From: Candidatus Woesearchaeota archaeon
GTDB lineage: Archaea > Nanobdellota > Nanobdellia > Pacearchaeales > GW2011-AR1
DNA: 43,125 nucleotides
Assembly: GCA_964423055.1 (NCBI GenBank)
Contig: CAYRCZ010000002.1
Span: forward strand, 67,492-110,616
Reading direction: 5' to 3'
In this document: piece after piece, positions 32,214 to 41,487 of the stretch
Layout: each line of letters starts with the position of its first letter
How positions within the stretch are numbered: the first letter of the stretch is position 1
Notes under the pieces: model-generated
Databases searched by the model: none
What the model saw: the letters and a program-made list of their open reading frames with translations, nothing else
What the model was told of the DNA's origin: nothing
Made by a program: the position numbers and the translations under genes

Positions 32214-33820
32214 TATGATTTGTATTCTATTTTATAGACCAAAACTCCATTATATTCATTTGGTATTACAGGATAAAATAGAGTAAATTCTGCAAATTCA
32301 TTTGAAATCTTATTCTTGACATCATATTGGACTAACTGGCCTTGTGGAGAGATTATTATAGACGAATTAAAATATGGGAAAAGAGTTCCTTGATAACCTT
32401 CTTCATTTGAAACTTGTTGTAACGCCCAAGGTGGGTGATGAGGTTCCCATAAAGAGACCATCATAAAACTAGGTCTTTGTTCATGGAGGATTTTAGTAAA
32501 GTTCTCTAAAGGCATATCCGAATAAGTTATTACTTCTCTCTCAGAATAAGCAGTTACTTGAGTATAAGAAATACTTAATATTTTTTCAGAAGGATTTGAA
32601 TTTTCTTTTATTAGTAATGAAGAATCTTTTATTGGATAATATGTGTCTTTCTTACTTTTTATCAAATTATTTGCATGACTAATTTGAGAAAATAAGAATA
32701 AAGCAATAACTAAAAATAAGAACAAAAGAGAAAAAATCTTTGAATGATCTTTTATTTTATTTTTAATATAAATAATTGATTCTCCTGCGAAAAAGAAAAT
32801 AAACGGGATTATGATGAAAACCCATCTGTCTTCTATAGTCCCCCTTATATAAAATAAATAAAATGCAGATACAACTAATAATACAATAAATGAGAATGTT
32901 TGCCCGTCAGACCTTAGAGCCTTATCTTTTAATACAAGATCAAATGAAATTAACTTTTTAGATAAAAATATGACTATGCCAGATAAGAAAAACAAAAAGA
33001 AAAGAAGCTTAGGAAATGAATAAGATGCGTCTTTGAAACTGTAAAAAAAGTTAAAGATCATCCAACCTAATGATCTGCCTTCATTAAAATCTCCAGAATA
33101 AGTTACTCCAAATGCAAATGGATTTCCAAATTTAATCAATTGCCAAATCATGAAGGGTATTAACCCTACTAAAAATGCTCCTAAAATTACCCAATTATTT
33201 TTATCTTTGATGGTTTTCCAACCATCTTTGTAAAGCAAAAATAGACCAATGCAAAGAGGCACTAGAAGTGCTGAAATTTTAAAATAAAAACCTGCTGCAC
33301 AAAATAACCCGGTATATATTGCAGCCTTACGAGAGGGTTTTTTGATAAATTTCCAGAAAAATAAAATTGCCATAATTTGTAAGGTTACTGAAAAGAAATC
33401 TGGTTGGAACCTAACGCTCCAGAATATTAAAGACCACACAAAACCTGCCCCTAGAGCCCCAATTAAAGCGATTTGTGAATTAAATAGCTCTTTCCCAAGA
33501 TAGTATGTTGCTACTACTAATACCAAAGAAGGTAACAGAGATAACATGAATTTAAGTGCAGACTCACCTAGTCCAAATTTTATCAAAATAGCCCCGAGTA
33601 ATTGAAATATTGGAGGTCTTTGCTCATTAAGTTGGTAAGGTACTCCTACGCCCCAATGCTTTGCTGCAGACATATATTCTGCTTCATCCCACCACATTGC
33701 TTGGTAAGTAGTTTGAGTAAAATAAATCAGCCTTACTAAGAATGCAAAGAATAAAATTACAGCTAACCAAAAATTAGGATTTTTAGACAGATTTTTCAAA
33801 TTATGCCGTTGAGTGGCCAT
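32213..33820 (-). CDS. GT-C fold glycosyltransferase, PMT/ArnT-like (GT39/83-type)
   Basis: 535 aa with about 12 TM. First-loop WWDEAEY acidic motif as in ArnT/PMT enzymes. Soluble C-terminal domain. Confidence 0.75.
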   Translation of the reverse strand: MATQRHNLKNLSKNPNFWLAVILFFAFLVRLIYFTQTTYQAMWWDEAEYMSAAKHWGVGVPYQLNEQRPPIFQLLGAILIKFGLGESALKFMLSLLPSLVLVVATYYLGKELFNSQIALIGALGAGFVWSLIFWSVRFQPDFFSVTLQIMAILFFWKFIKKPSRKAAIYTGLFCAAGFYFKISALLVPLCIGLFLLYKDGWKTIKDKNNWVILGAFLVGLIPFMIWQLIKFGNPFAFGVTYSGDFNEGRSLGWMIFNFFYSFKDASYSFPKLLFFLFFLSGIVIFLSKKLISFDLVLKDKALRSDGQTFSFIVLLVVSAFYLFYIRGTIEDRWVFIIIPFIFFFAGESIIYIKNKIKDHSKIFSLLFLFLVIALFLFSQISHANNLIKSKKDTYYPIKDSSLLIKENSNPSEKILSISYTQVTAYSEREVITYSDMPLENFTKILHEQRPSFMMVSLWEPHHPPWALQQVSNEEGYQGTLFPYFNSSIIISPQGQLVQYDVKNKISNEFAEFTLFYPVIPNEYNGVLVYKIEYKS

Positions 33821-34947
33821 TATCTTATTATTTTCTCCAAGTTAATTAGTATTTTATCCCATTTAAATTTCTCTGCTGTCGCCCTTGCACATTTCTGAAT
33901 TAGATTGACTTTGGTAAGATTAAGATCTTTTATTTTTCTTAAAACCCTTGCTAAATCTTTAGAATCGCCATTCTTAAAGATAAATCCATTTATCCCATCA
34001 ATAATTAAATCCCTACTCGCCAAATTATCGCTAGCTACAACAATTTTCCCCCTACTCATGGCTTCAATAAGGGTTTGAGGCATTCCTTCAGTCTTTGATG
34101 GGAGAACAAATATGTCCATGCTATCAAGCCCCTTTATTTGTTCACCAGAGCTATATGATTCAGCATTAATTTCTTCTCTGTTCTCTAATTTACTATTTTT
34201 TATTTCTTCTTTTAACTCACTTAAATAGTCAGATTCTGCCGGACCTCTTATTTTTACAAGATAGTTAGTATCTAATAAGAATAAAAGAGCTCTGTTTAAA
34301 CACTCTAATTGTTTTATTCTACTAATTCTACCCCAATAACCTATAACTCTAGGCGAATTAGATAGCAACTTTATTGGCTTGAAAAATTCTTTATCTATTC
34401 CGTTAGGCATATACTCAATCTTGGATTTTGGAACCCCTAGTTTAGTCAAATAAGGCATTTCCCATTTAGAAATTGCAATTATCTTATCAAACTTTTTTAA
34501 AAGATTCCTGCCAAAAAATAAATCGTAAAGATAAACACCTATATTTTGAATTGGATTTCTTGTATTGCTTCTTGCGAAAGGTGCGTGAGTTACTAAGAAA
34601 ACTTTGCAACCAATATCTTTTGCAATCTTTAAAGCCTGTTTAGTATGGGGGTGCCTATAAGAGTGAGCAATAATTAAATCCGGGTTGAATTCTTTTGCCT
34701 CTTTTTCAAAATTCCAAACATTGTAACTTTCGCCAGCAAATAGCAATTTTTTTGCAGAAAATCTTTTTATAATTAAATCTTTTATTTTTTCAGTTGGAGG
34801 GCATATTTCTCTAGAGCCTTTCTTATAATTTGTTGAAAATACGACAACTTTGTGCCCTTTATCTGAAAGTAATTTTGACTCTTTTAATACCCTCATACCT
34901 ACACCACAACCTCCTGCAGTGTAATTAGTTACCTCTAAAATCCTCAT
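33820..34947 (-). CDS. GT4 (GT-B, Glycos_transf_1) glycosyltransferase
   Basis: MRILEVTNYTAGGCG N-terminus and EGMPQTLIEAMSRGKIVVASD (EX7E region). ATG 34947 is preferred over the ORF-track TTG 34989, based on the canonical N-terminus and a TATA at -29. Confidence 0.85.
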   Translation of the reverse strand: MRILEVTNYTAGGCGVGMRVLKESKLLSDKGHKVVVFSTNYKKGSREICPPTEKIKDLIIKRFSAKKLLFAGESYNVWNFEKEAKEFNPDLIIAHSYRHPHTKQALKIAKDIGCKVFLVTHAPFARSNTRNPIQNIGVYLYDLFFGRNLLKKFDKIIAISKWEMPYLTKLGVPKSKIEYMPNGIDKEFFKPIKLLSNSPRVIGYWGRISRIKQLECLNRALLFLLDTNYLVKIRGPAESDYLSELKEEIKNSKLENREEINAESYSSGEQIKGLDSMDIFVLPSKTEGMPQTLIEAMSRGKIVVASDNLASRDLIIDGINGFIFKNGDSKDLARVLRKIKDLNLTKVNLIQKCARATAEKFKWDKILINLEKIIR

Positions 34948-34968
34948 TATAATCTCAAAATGAGGACT

Positions 34969-34976
34969 TTTATAAA
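34969..34976. promoter_or_regulatory. shared palindromic TATA box (TTTATAAA) for two divergent operons
   Basis: Perfect 8-bp palindrome. Its first base on each strand lies exactly 29 nt from ATG 34998 (+) and ATG 34947 (-). Confidence 0.6.
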
Positions 34977-34997
34977 TATGCTTGGTCAACTATTTTT

Positions 34998-35795
34998 ATG
35001 GATGTTTCTATAGTGATGCCTATACATAAACCGGATAAAAAAATAATGAATCAAATTATTAATTCATTAAAAAAACAAAAATTTAATGGAAAATATGAAT
35101 TATTATTGGAATCGAGTGGAGGATTGGCTGAAAACATAAATAAAGGCATAAGAAAATCAAAAAATGAAATTGTTATAACCTTGCACCAAGATTGCATCCC
35201 TGTAGGAACAAATTGGATTTCAAAATTAATAGCTCCTTTAAAAAATAAGGGATATGTTGCAAGTGTTTCAGATGTTGAATTACCCTATAAGCTATGGAAT
35301 AAATTTGATAATATTGCAAAGATATTAAGTTCTAAAGAACAAAAAGTAATAACACCTTTACTTGATGAAAAAGGCTGTGCTTATAAAAAAGAAGCACTAA
35401 AAAAAGTAGGTTTATTTGATGAAATCAATTTTAGGACTGCCGGAGAAGATTTTGATATATACTTAAAATTAAAGGCTATTGGTAAAATTGCATACCCTCA
35501 TACTAAAGTTATGCATCACAATCCCTACTCTACAAGAAGTAGATTAAAAAAAGAATACCAACTATCTGAGGGTTTTGGAACACTGGTTAGAATATACGGC
35601 ACTAACTTACCTGGATGGTATCTAGGAATCCTGAAATCAATTCCTATTTTAGGCTTACCTTTTTTCTTTAGAGGGATTATGAAATTAAATCCTAAAAAGC
35701 TAATACTAATTTCACCATTTGCATTTTTGCTTGCCCATGTTAAATATATTCAAGGTTTTTGGAAAGGTTTTTTAATGGGGAGACAAAGAGCTTAA
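34998..35795 (+). CDS. GT2 glycosyltransferase
   Basis: VSIVMPIHKPD start, HQDCIP and GEDFD motifs. Hydrophobic C-terminus. Confidence 0.75.
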   Translation: MDVSIVMPIHKPDKKIMNQIINSLKKQKFNGKYELLLESSGGLAENINKGIRKSKNEIVITLHQDCIPVGTNWISKLIAPLKNKGYVASVSDVELPYKLWNKFDNIAKILSSKEQKVITPLLDEKGCAYKKEALKKVGLFDEINFRTAGEDFDIYLKLKAIGKIAYPHTKVMHHNPYSTRSRLKKEYQLSEGFGTLVRIYGTNLPGWYLGILKSIPILGLPFFFRGIMKLNPKKLILISPFAFLLAHVKYIQGFWKGFLMGRQRA

Positions 35796-35798
35796 GGT

Positions 35799-36557
35799 AT
35801 GAATAAACTAAAACTTCTAACTGGTTTAGTTAGAACATATCATATTGACCAGCTCTTAAGCTATTATTTATTTAATAAAAATAAATGGCACCTTTTCAAC
35901 CTAAAAAATAATAAAAATTACCTAGTCAGGGTCAAATCAAGAGATTTTAATACGATAAATGAAAATGAAATTGAAGAAAATTATAATAAATACTTAAAGG
36001 CTATAAAAAATCCAAAGGTCGTAATTGATATTGGGGCAAATATAGGGTGCTTTTCCATAGACTGTTCTAAAAATTTTAAAGATTGTAAAATTTACGCCTA
36101 TGAACCATTTAAAGAATCATTTGACTTGATGAACATTAATCTAAAATTAAACAAAATAAATAATGTATCTCTGGAATGTGCAGCCATAACTAACAAAAAT
36201 GGATTTGTTGATCTTGGAATATATGATGGAATGTTTGAAGGAAACTCAATTGGACAGATTTGGGGTAAAGCAACAACTGTAGAGAAAGTTAAATCTTTAA
36301 AACTTAAGGAAGTTTTTTCTAAAAACAGTATAAAACATTGCGATTTACTAAAATTAGATTGTGAAGGTTCAGAGTATGAGATATTAGAAAATCTTGATAG
36401 TAAGATTTTTGACAAAATTCAAAATATTCTTATGGAGTACCACTCAGGAAGGGAAGAAGTCTTAAGACAGATCTTAGAAAATAACGGATTTAAGGTAGTA
36501 ATTGATAGGTTAAGCCATAAAACCGGGCTATTAATAGCTTCTAAAAAAGCGAATTAA
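35799..36557 (+). CDS. FkbM-family methyltransferase
   Basis: VIDIGANIGCFSI, YAYEP and LKLDCEGSEYEIL motifs. Confidence 0.8.
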   Translation: MNKLKLLTGLVRTYHIDQLLSYYLFNKNKWHLFNLKNNKNYLVRVKSRDFNTINENEIEENYNKYLKAIKNPKVVIDIGANIGCFSIDCSKNFKDCKIYAYEPFKESFDLMNINLKLNKINNVSLECAAITNKNGFVDLGIYDGMFEGNSIGQIWGKATTVEKVKSLKLKEVFSKNSIKHCDLLKLDCEGSEYEILENLDSKIFDKIQNILMEYHSGREEVLRQILENNGFKVVIDRLSHKTGLLIASKKAN

Positions 36558-36562
36558 AAAGG

Positions 36563-36570
36563 TTTTAATA
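36563..36570 (+). promoter_or_regulatory. TATA box for the GT2-RmlD-MT-GT2 operon
   Basis: TTTTAATA starting 29 nt upstream of ATG 36592. Confidence 0.5.
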
Positions 36571-36591
36571 TGGACTAATTTGTCTAAATAA

Positions 36592-37557
36592 ATGAAATCT
36601 TCTAAAAGTAAGACTTCTAAAGTCAAGAAACCCCTTGTCGCAATAGTAATTGTTAATTGGAATGGTGGTCAAACAATAATTAACTGCATAAAAAGTCTAG
36701 CAATGACTGATTATCCAAATTACAAAGTGATTCTTGTAGATAATGGGTCTAGTGATGGTTCTCTTGAAAAAATAATAAAAATAAACCCTGAAATGGAAGT
36801 AATAAAATTGGACAAAAATTACGGATATACTATAGCTACTAATGTCGGTTGGAGATTTGGCCTAAAAAAACTTAAAGCAGACTACATATGCGCAATGGAT
36901 AGTGACATAGTTACAGTTCAAAGAAATTGGTTAAGTTTAGAGATTAATGAACTTGAAAAATCAAATGAAAGAGGAATAGGCTGCGGTAAATTAACTTTCC
37001 CTGATGGAAGAGTTCAGCTACTTTACTTTGAAAGAGAACACTCACAGTATCTTGAAAAGGACGTTGGACAATATGACTTTGTTAGGGAGACTAAAGCTGT
37101 TGGAGGAGCTTGCATAATCATCAAGAAAGAAGTTATTCAAAAAATAGGTTATTATGATGAACATTTCTTTTATGGGCCTAATGACATTGATTATTGTTTT
37201 AGAGCAAATAAGGCTGGATTTAAAGTCATATATAATGGATATGCAAAATCAATCCATGTAGGTAGTTTTTCAGGAAGATCTGGCGCGAAGGACTTTATTT
37301 ACGGACATCAAAGTTATGGACAAATCGTATTCTGGTTTAGACATGGAAAATGGTTTAATAAAATAAATACTGTAAAGGAACAATTTATCAGAGCATTTAT
37401 TACAAGGGTAGACCCTTACAAGGCAAAGAGCTTACATAATACTCTTTTTCATGTAACTTTCTATAAAAGAGTTGGAAGTTTCTTTAAATCATGGTGGAAG
37501 GCAGCAAGAGATTACAAAAAAATCTTTAATGAAACTTCTGCCAAATTGAGCAAATGA
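36592..37557 (+). CDS. GT2 glycosyltransferase (rhamnosyltransferase-like subgroup)
   Basis: VAIVIVNWNGGQTIINCIKSL..VILVDNGSSDGS..AMDSD..GGACIIIKKEV. Confidence 0.8.
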   Translation: MKSSKSKTSKVKKPLVAIVIVNWNGGQTIINCIKSLAMTDYPNYKVILVDNGSSDGSLEKIIKINPEMEVIKLDKNYGYTIATNVGWRFGLKKLKADYICAMDSDIVTVQRNWLSLEINELEKSNERGIGCGKLTFPDGRVQLLYFEREHSQYLEKDVGQYDFVRETKAVGGACIIIKKEVIQKIGYYDEHFFYGPNDIDYCFRANKAGFKVIYNGYAKSIHVGSFSGRSGAKDFIYGHQSYGQIVFWFRHGKWFNKINTVKEQFIRAFITRVDPYKAKSLHNTLFHVTFYKRVGSFFKSWWKAARDYKKIFNETSAKLSK

Positions 37558-38459
37558 TAAAAAAAATTCTTATAACTGGTTGTGGTGGAATGCTTGGTAG
37601 TTCAGTATACCCGTATCTTAAATCGAAAGGTTATGATGTGATGGCTACAGACATAGACTTGGACGAGAATTGGTTAAGCCACCTAGATGTAAGAAATTTG
37701 GATGAAGCAACACAAGTAGCCACTAAATTCAAACCAGATATAATTTTACATCTTGCGGCATTGACTAACTTAGAATATTGCGAAAACAATAAGGAAGATG
37801 CTCATAAAACTAACTATCTTGGTACTAGAAACATGGCCATTATATCTAAAAAACTTAATATCCCGATGGTGTACATAAGCACTGCAGGAGTATTTGATGG
37901 GAAAGATGAAAGATATTCGGAAGAAGATTTTCCTAATCCAATTAATGTTTATGGAAAGACAAAGCTTTACGCAGAAATTGCAGTTCAGAATTTGCTAGAA
38001 AAATACTTTGTTGTAAGGGCTGGGTGGATGGTTGGGGGTGGAAAGAAAGACAAGAAATTTGTTTCATACATGCTTTCACAGATTAAAGAAGGGAGACAAA
38101 AATTCAAAGTAGTAAACGACACTTATGGAACAATAACTTATACACTTGACTTTGCTAAAAACTTAGAGAAATTATTCAATACAAAGCACTATGGGCTTTA
38201 TCATATGGCTTGTCATGGAGACACTACAAGGCACGAAATGATGAAGCACATACTTACACTTTTAGAAAAAGATACAAATGCTATCGAACCTGTTTCAAGC
38301 GAATTTTTTAAAAAAGACTTTCCAGTGCAAAGAGCTACTTCAGAAAGAATGGTAAATAAAAAACTGCAGTCCATAAACCTAGATAATATGGGTCACTGGA
38401 AGGATTCCTTAAAACATTATATTGAAAATGAATGGACTGAATTATATGAAAAAAGATAA
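37554..38459 (+). CDS. RmlD-like NAD(P)-dependent sugar-nucleotide 4-ketoreductase (dTDP-4-dehydrorhamnose reductase family)
   Basis: ILITGCGGMLGS Rossmann motif, catalytic YGKTK, and size and layout of the RmlD substrate-binding family. ATGA overlap with the upstream GT2. Confidence 0.75.
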   Translation: MIKKILITGCGGMLGSSVYPYLKSKGYDVMATDIDLDENWLSHLDVRNLDEATQVATKFKPDIILHLAALTNLEYCENNKEDAHKTNYLGTRNMAIISKKLNIPMVYISTAGVFDGKDERYSEEDFPNPINVYGKTKLYAEIAVQNLLEKYFVVRAGWMVGGGKKDKKFVSYMLSQIKEGRQKFKVVNDTYGTITYTLDFAKNLEKLFNTKHYGLYHMACHGDTTRHEMMKHILTLLEKDTNAIEPVSSEFFKKDFPVQRATSERMVNKKLQSINLDNMGHWKDSLKHYIENEWTELYEKR

Positions 38460-38970
38460 ATTAAACATAGGTTCAGGTAGAGATATAAAAAAGGATTATG
38501 TAAACTTAGATTCTGTTAAACTACCTGGAGTTGATGTAGTTCATAACTTAAACAAATTTCCGTGGCCTTTCAAAGATAACGAATTTTCTTTAGTTTACTC
38601 TTCACATGTTTTAGAGCACCTAGATGAAATCATAAAGCCAATGGAGGAAATTTGGAGAATAACTAAAAAAGGTGGGAAAATAATGATTGAGGTACCCATA
38701 TTCCCAAGTGTTGGGGCTATGGCGGACCCCACCCATAAATCATTTTATACATATCAGACATTCAACTACTTTAGACCAAATGATGGATTAAACTACTATA
38801 GTAAAGCTAGATTTAGAATCGTTAAACGAAAAATAGTTTTTTCTAGATTATTACCATTTTTTACATGGTTTTTCAATTTAAGCCAAAAAATGCAGAAATT
38901 ATATGTCTATTTCCTTAGTTTCTTAATTCCGGCTGAAGTTTTAAAGGTCGAATTAGAAACAATAAAATGA
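38446..38970 (+). CDS. class I SAM-dependent methyltransferase
   Basis: LNIGSGRD, SSHVLEHLDE and TKKGGKIMIEVP. ATG 38446 overlaps the end of the RmlD-like gene by 14 nt. Confidence 0.75.
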   Translation: MKKDKLNIGSGRDIKKDYVNLDSVKLPGVDVVHNLNKFPWPFKDNEFSLVYSSHVLEHLDEIIKPMEEIWRITKKGGKIMIEVPIFPSVGAMADPTHKSFYTYQTFNYFRPNDGLNYYSKARFRIVKRKIVFSRLLPFFTWFFNLSQKMQKLYVYFLSFLIPAEVLKVELETIK

Positions 38971-39929
38971 CTTACTCTTTGGGAGATATTTCCGTAGTAA
39001 TGGTGACTTATAAAAGAGAAAAAGATTTGGAGATAACTATAAAATCTTTTAATGAGAAAATTAAAGAAATTAAAGAAGTAATAGTAATTGATAATAATCC
39101 TGATGGGAAGGCTAAAAAAATAATAAATAAATTTTCAAATAGAAAGTTAAAATATTTTAGTTCTAAAAAAAACTCCTTGACATTTGCTAGAAATTTAGGA
39201 ATAAGCAAAGCCGATAAAAAATCGAAGATAATTATATTTTTAGATGATGATGTATCTCTTAAAGAAAAATACTTTGAAAGTATAATAGATGTTTTCAATA
39301 AATATCCTGAAGCTAAAGGGGTTTCTGGATATTACTTCCCTATTAAAAAGATAAATAAATTCGAAAATATCTTAAGAAAAATAGTTCGTATTGAAAACTG
39401 GACTCTAAATAAAGCAAATGTTCTATCTACATTTGGTGCTTCTTACCCATATAAACTCACAAAAATAATTAGGGCAGAATGGCTTTCAGGATTTAATATG
39501 GCCTATAAAAGAACAATGTTGGAATCTGAAAAATTTGATGAGCGTTTCTTCAAATATTGTTTAGCAGAAGATTTCGAATTTAGCACAAGAATAAATAAGA
39601 AATATAATGGGAGCCTTTTTATCACACCTCATGCTAAATTGATTCATAGAACATCAGAAGCTGGTAGAACTCCAAAGCCAGAATTAATTTATATGAACCT
39701 AATCAATCACCTTTATATTCAATCAAAAAATTTGAATAATTTTGAAAATATACTATCCTTATACATTGCATTGTTAAGCATTACATCTGTAAACGTTATC
39801 AAATTTTTAATTAAACCAAATGAAATAAATAAAACAAAGTTGAAAATATATTTTAATGCAATATCTTACTCCTTAAGAAAATTAGGAAAAATAAGGAAGG
39901 GGTTTATTGATTTACCAAATAAATTCTAA
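38967..39929 (+). CDS. GT2 glycosyltransferase
   Basis: ISVVMVTYKREKDL..VIVIDNNPDG..IFLDDDV. ATGA overlap with the upstream gene. Confidence 0.8.
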   Translation: MTYSLGDISVVMVTYKREKDLEITIKSFNEKIKEIKEVIVIDNNPDGKAKKIINKFSNRKLKYFSSKKNSLTFARNLGISKADKKSKIIIFLDDDVSLKEKYFESIIDVFNKYPEAKGVSGYYFPIKKINKFENILRKIVRIENWTLNKANVLSTFGASYPYKLTKIIRAEWLSGFNMAYKRTMLESEKFDERFFKYCLAEDFEFSTRINKKYNGSLFITPHAKLIHRTSEAGRTPKPELIYMNLINHLYIQSKNLNNFENILSLYIALLSITSVNVIKFLIKPNEINKTKLKIYFNAISYSLRKLGKIRKGFIDLPNKF

Positions 39930-39966
39930 TACATACACTTTTTAATATAAAACACACCTTATCTTT

Positions 39967-41487
39967 ATGGACAAACAAGAAGACAAAAATGAAGTAAATT
40001 ACTACCTTAAACTATTGGTAAAATCTTCATTTTTTATATTAATTGCTTCAATAATATCTAAACTTGCAAGTTATGGGTATAAAATTCTTATTGCTAGATA
40101 TTTAGGAGCCGAGATATATGGATTATTTTCTTTAGCGCTCATAGTAATAAGCCTAGTTTCATCTGTGGCAGTATTGGGCCTAGGAGACGGACTTGTAAGA
40201 TATGTTTCATTTTTCAGAGGAAAAAAACAATTTGGAAAATTAAACAGGCTAATTATCAGCTCTAAAAAAATATTCATCAGCACAGGCATTATTAGTGCAA
40301 TCGCATTAATTTTATTTGCACCACTAATTGCTGAAAAAATATTTCATAGTGATAAATTTGTACCAATTATAAGAGGAATGGCAATAGCCATGCCTTTCTT
40401 GCTACTTTCTAATCTCTACCTCGGAATACTCAAAGGTTTTGAAAAAATAAAAATATATTCAAGCCTGGTTAATATTTACCAGAATAGCGCAAGATTTATT
40501 TTATTAGGCCTATTATTGTTAATTGGTTTTGATTTGAAGGCAATTTCAATATCTTATGTAGCTGTATTCATAGGATTATTTTTAATATCAAGGTATTATG
40601 CAAATAAAAATTTAATCTCCTTACCTAATCAAAAAATACCTTCTTCTAAAAAAGTAATGCCTGAAGTATTAAGGTACTCTTGGCCATTAATATTTGTAGG
40701 AATACTTTACAGCATATTTTATTGGATAGACTCTTTATTTTTAGGATACCTAACTAATGCAGAAAATGTTGGATTATATAATGCAGCGGTGACTTTGGTT
40801 GCTTTGTTTAGTATAGCCCCTGACTTATTTATGCAATTATTCTTTCCATTAATAGCAGTTAAATTCTCAGAAGGAAAAAAGGAAATTATCAAAAGATTAA
40901 CTCAGCAGGTAACAAAATGGATATACCTCTTAAACATCATATTATTTTTACTTTTATTTCTATTTGCAGATAAATGGATAACTATTTTATTTGGAGAGGA
41001 ATTTTTAGCTTCTACAAATATTCTTAGAATTTTAGTTGTGGGAGCATTGTTTTCTGGAGTTGTAGGAATATCCACTAACTTAATATCCATTAAAGGAAAA
41101 ACTAAGCTAACTCTGTTAGACTTTACAATTTTTGCATTAATTAATATAATCCTAAATATTTTATTAATTCCCCATTACGGCATGGTTGGTGCTGCGGTTG
41201 CAACTTTAATCACTCAAGTATTGTTTGCAGTTACCTTGGTTTTACAAGTAAAAAAATTATATGGTTTTAACCCAATTATATCAATTAGGAAAAGAATGAG
41301 TGCAATATTTGTAGGATTCTTAATAGCTGGAACCTACTTAGTACAAAATCAATTAAGCATACTCATGACAATATTTTTTAGCATATTGATTAGTGCATTA
41401 TATTTATCTTCTTTATATTTCTTCAAATTATTTGATGAAGAAGACTTAAAAATATTCAGAAGTATAATAAATAAAATAAGAAAATAA
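39967..41487 (+). CDS. MOP-superfamily polysaccharide flippase (Wzx-like)
   Basis: 506 aa with about 14 TM. N-terminal KLASYGYKILIARYLGAEIYGLFSLAL pattern of polysaccharide-biosynthesis flippases. Confidence 0.75.
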   Translation: MDKQEDKNEVNYYLKLLVKSSFFILIASIISKLASYGYKILIARYLGAEIYGLFSLALIVISLVSSVAVLGLGDGLVRYVSFFRGKKQFGKLNRLIISSKKIFISTGIISAIALILFAPLIAEKIFHSDKFVPIIRGMAIAMPFLLLSNLYLGILKGFEKIKIYSSLVNIYQNSARFILLGLLLLIGFDLKAISISYVAVFIGLFLISRYYANKNLISLPNQKIPSSKKVMPEVLRYSWPLIFVGILYSIFYWIDSLFLGYLTNAENVGLYNAAVTLVALFSIAPDLFMQLFFPLIAVKFSEGKKEIIKRLTQQVTKWIYLLNIILFLLLFLFADKWITILFGEEFLASTNILRILVVGALFSGVVGISTNLISIKGKTKLTLLDFTIFALINIILNILLIPHYGMVGAAVATLITQVLFAVTLVLQVKKLYGFNPIISIRKRMSAIFVGFLIAGTYLVQNQLSILMTIFFSILISALYLSSLYFFKLFDEEDLKIFRSIINKIRK

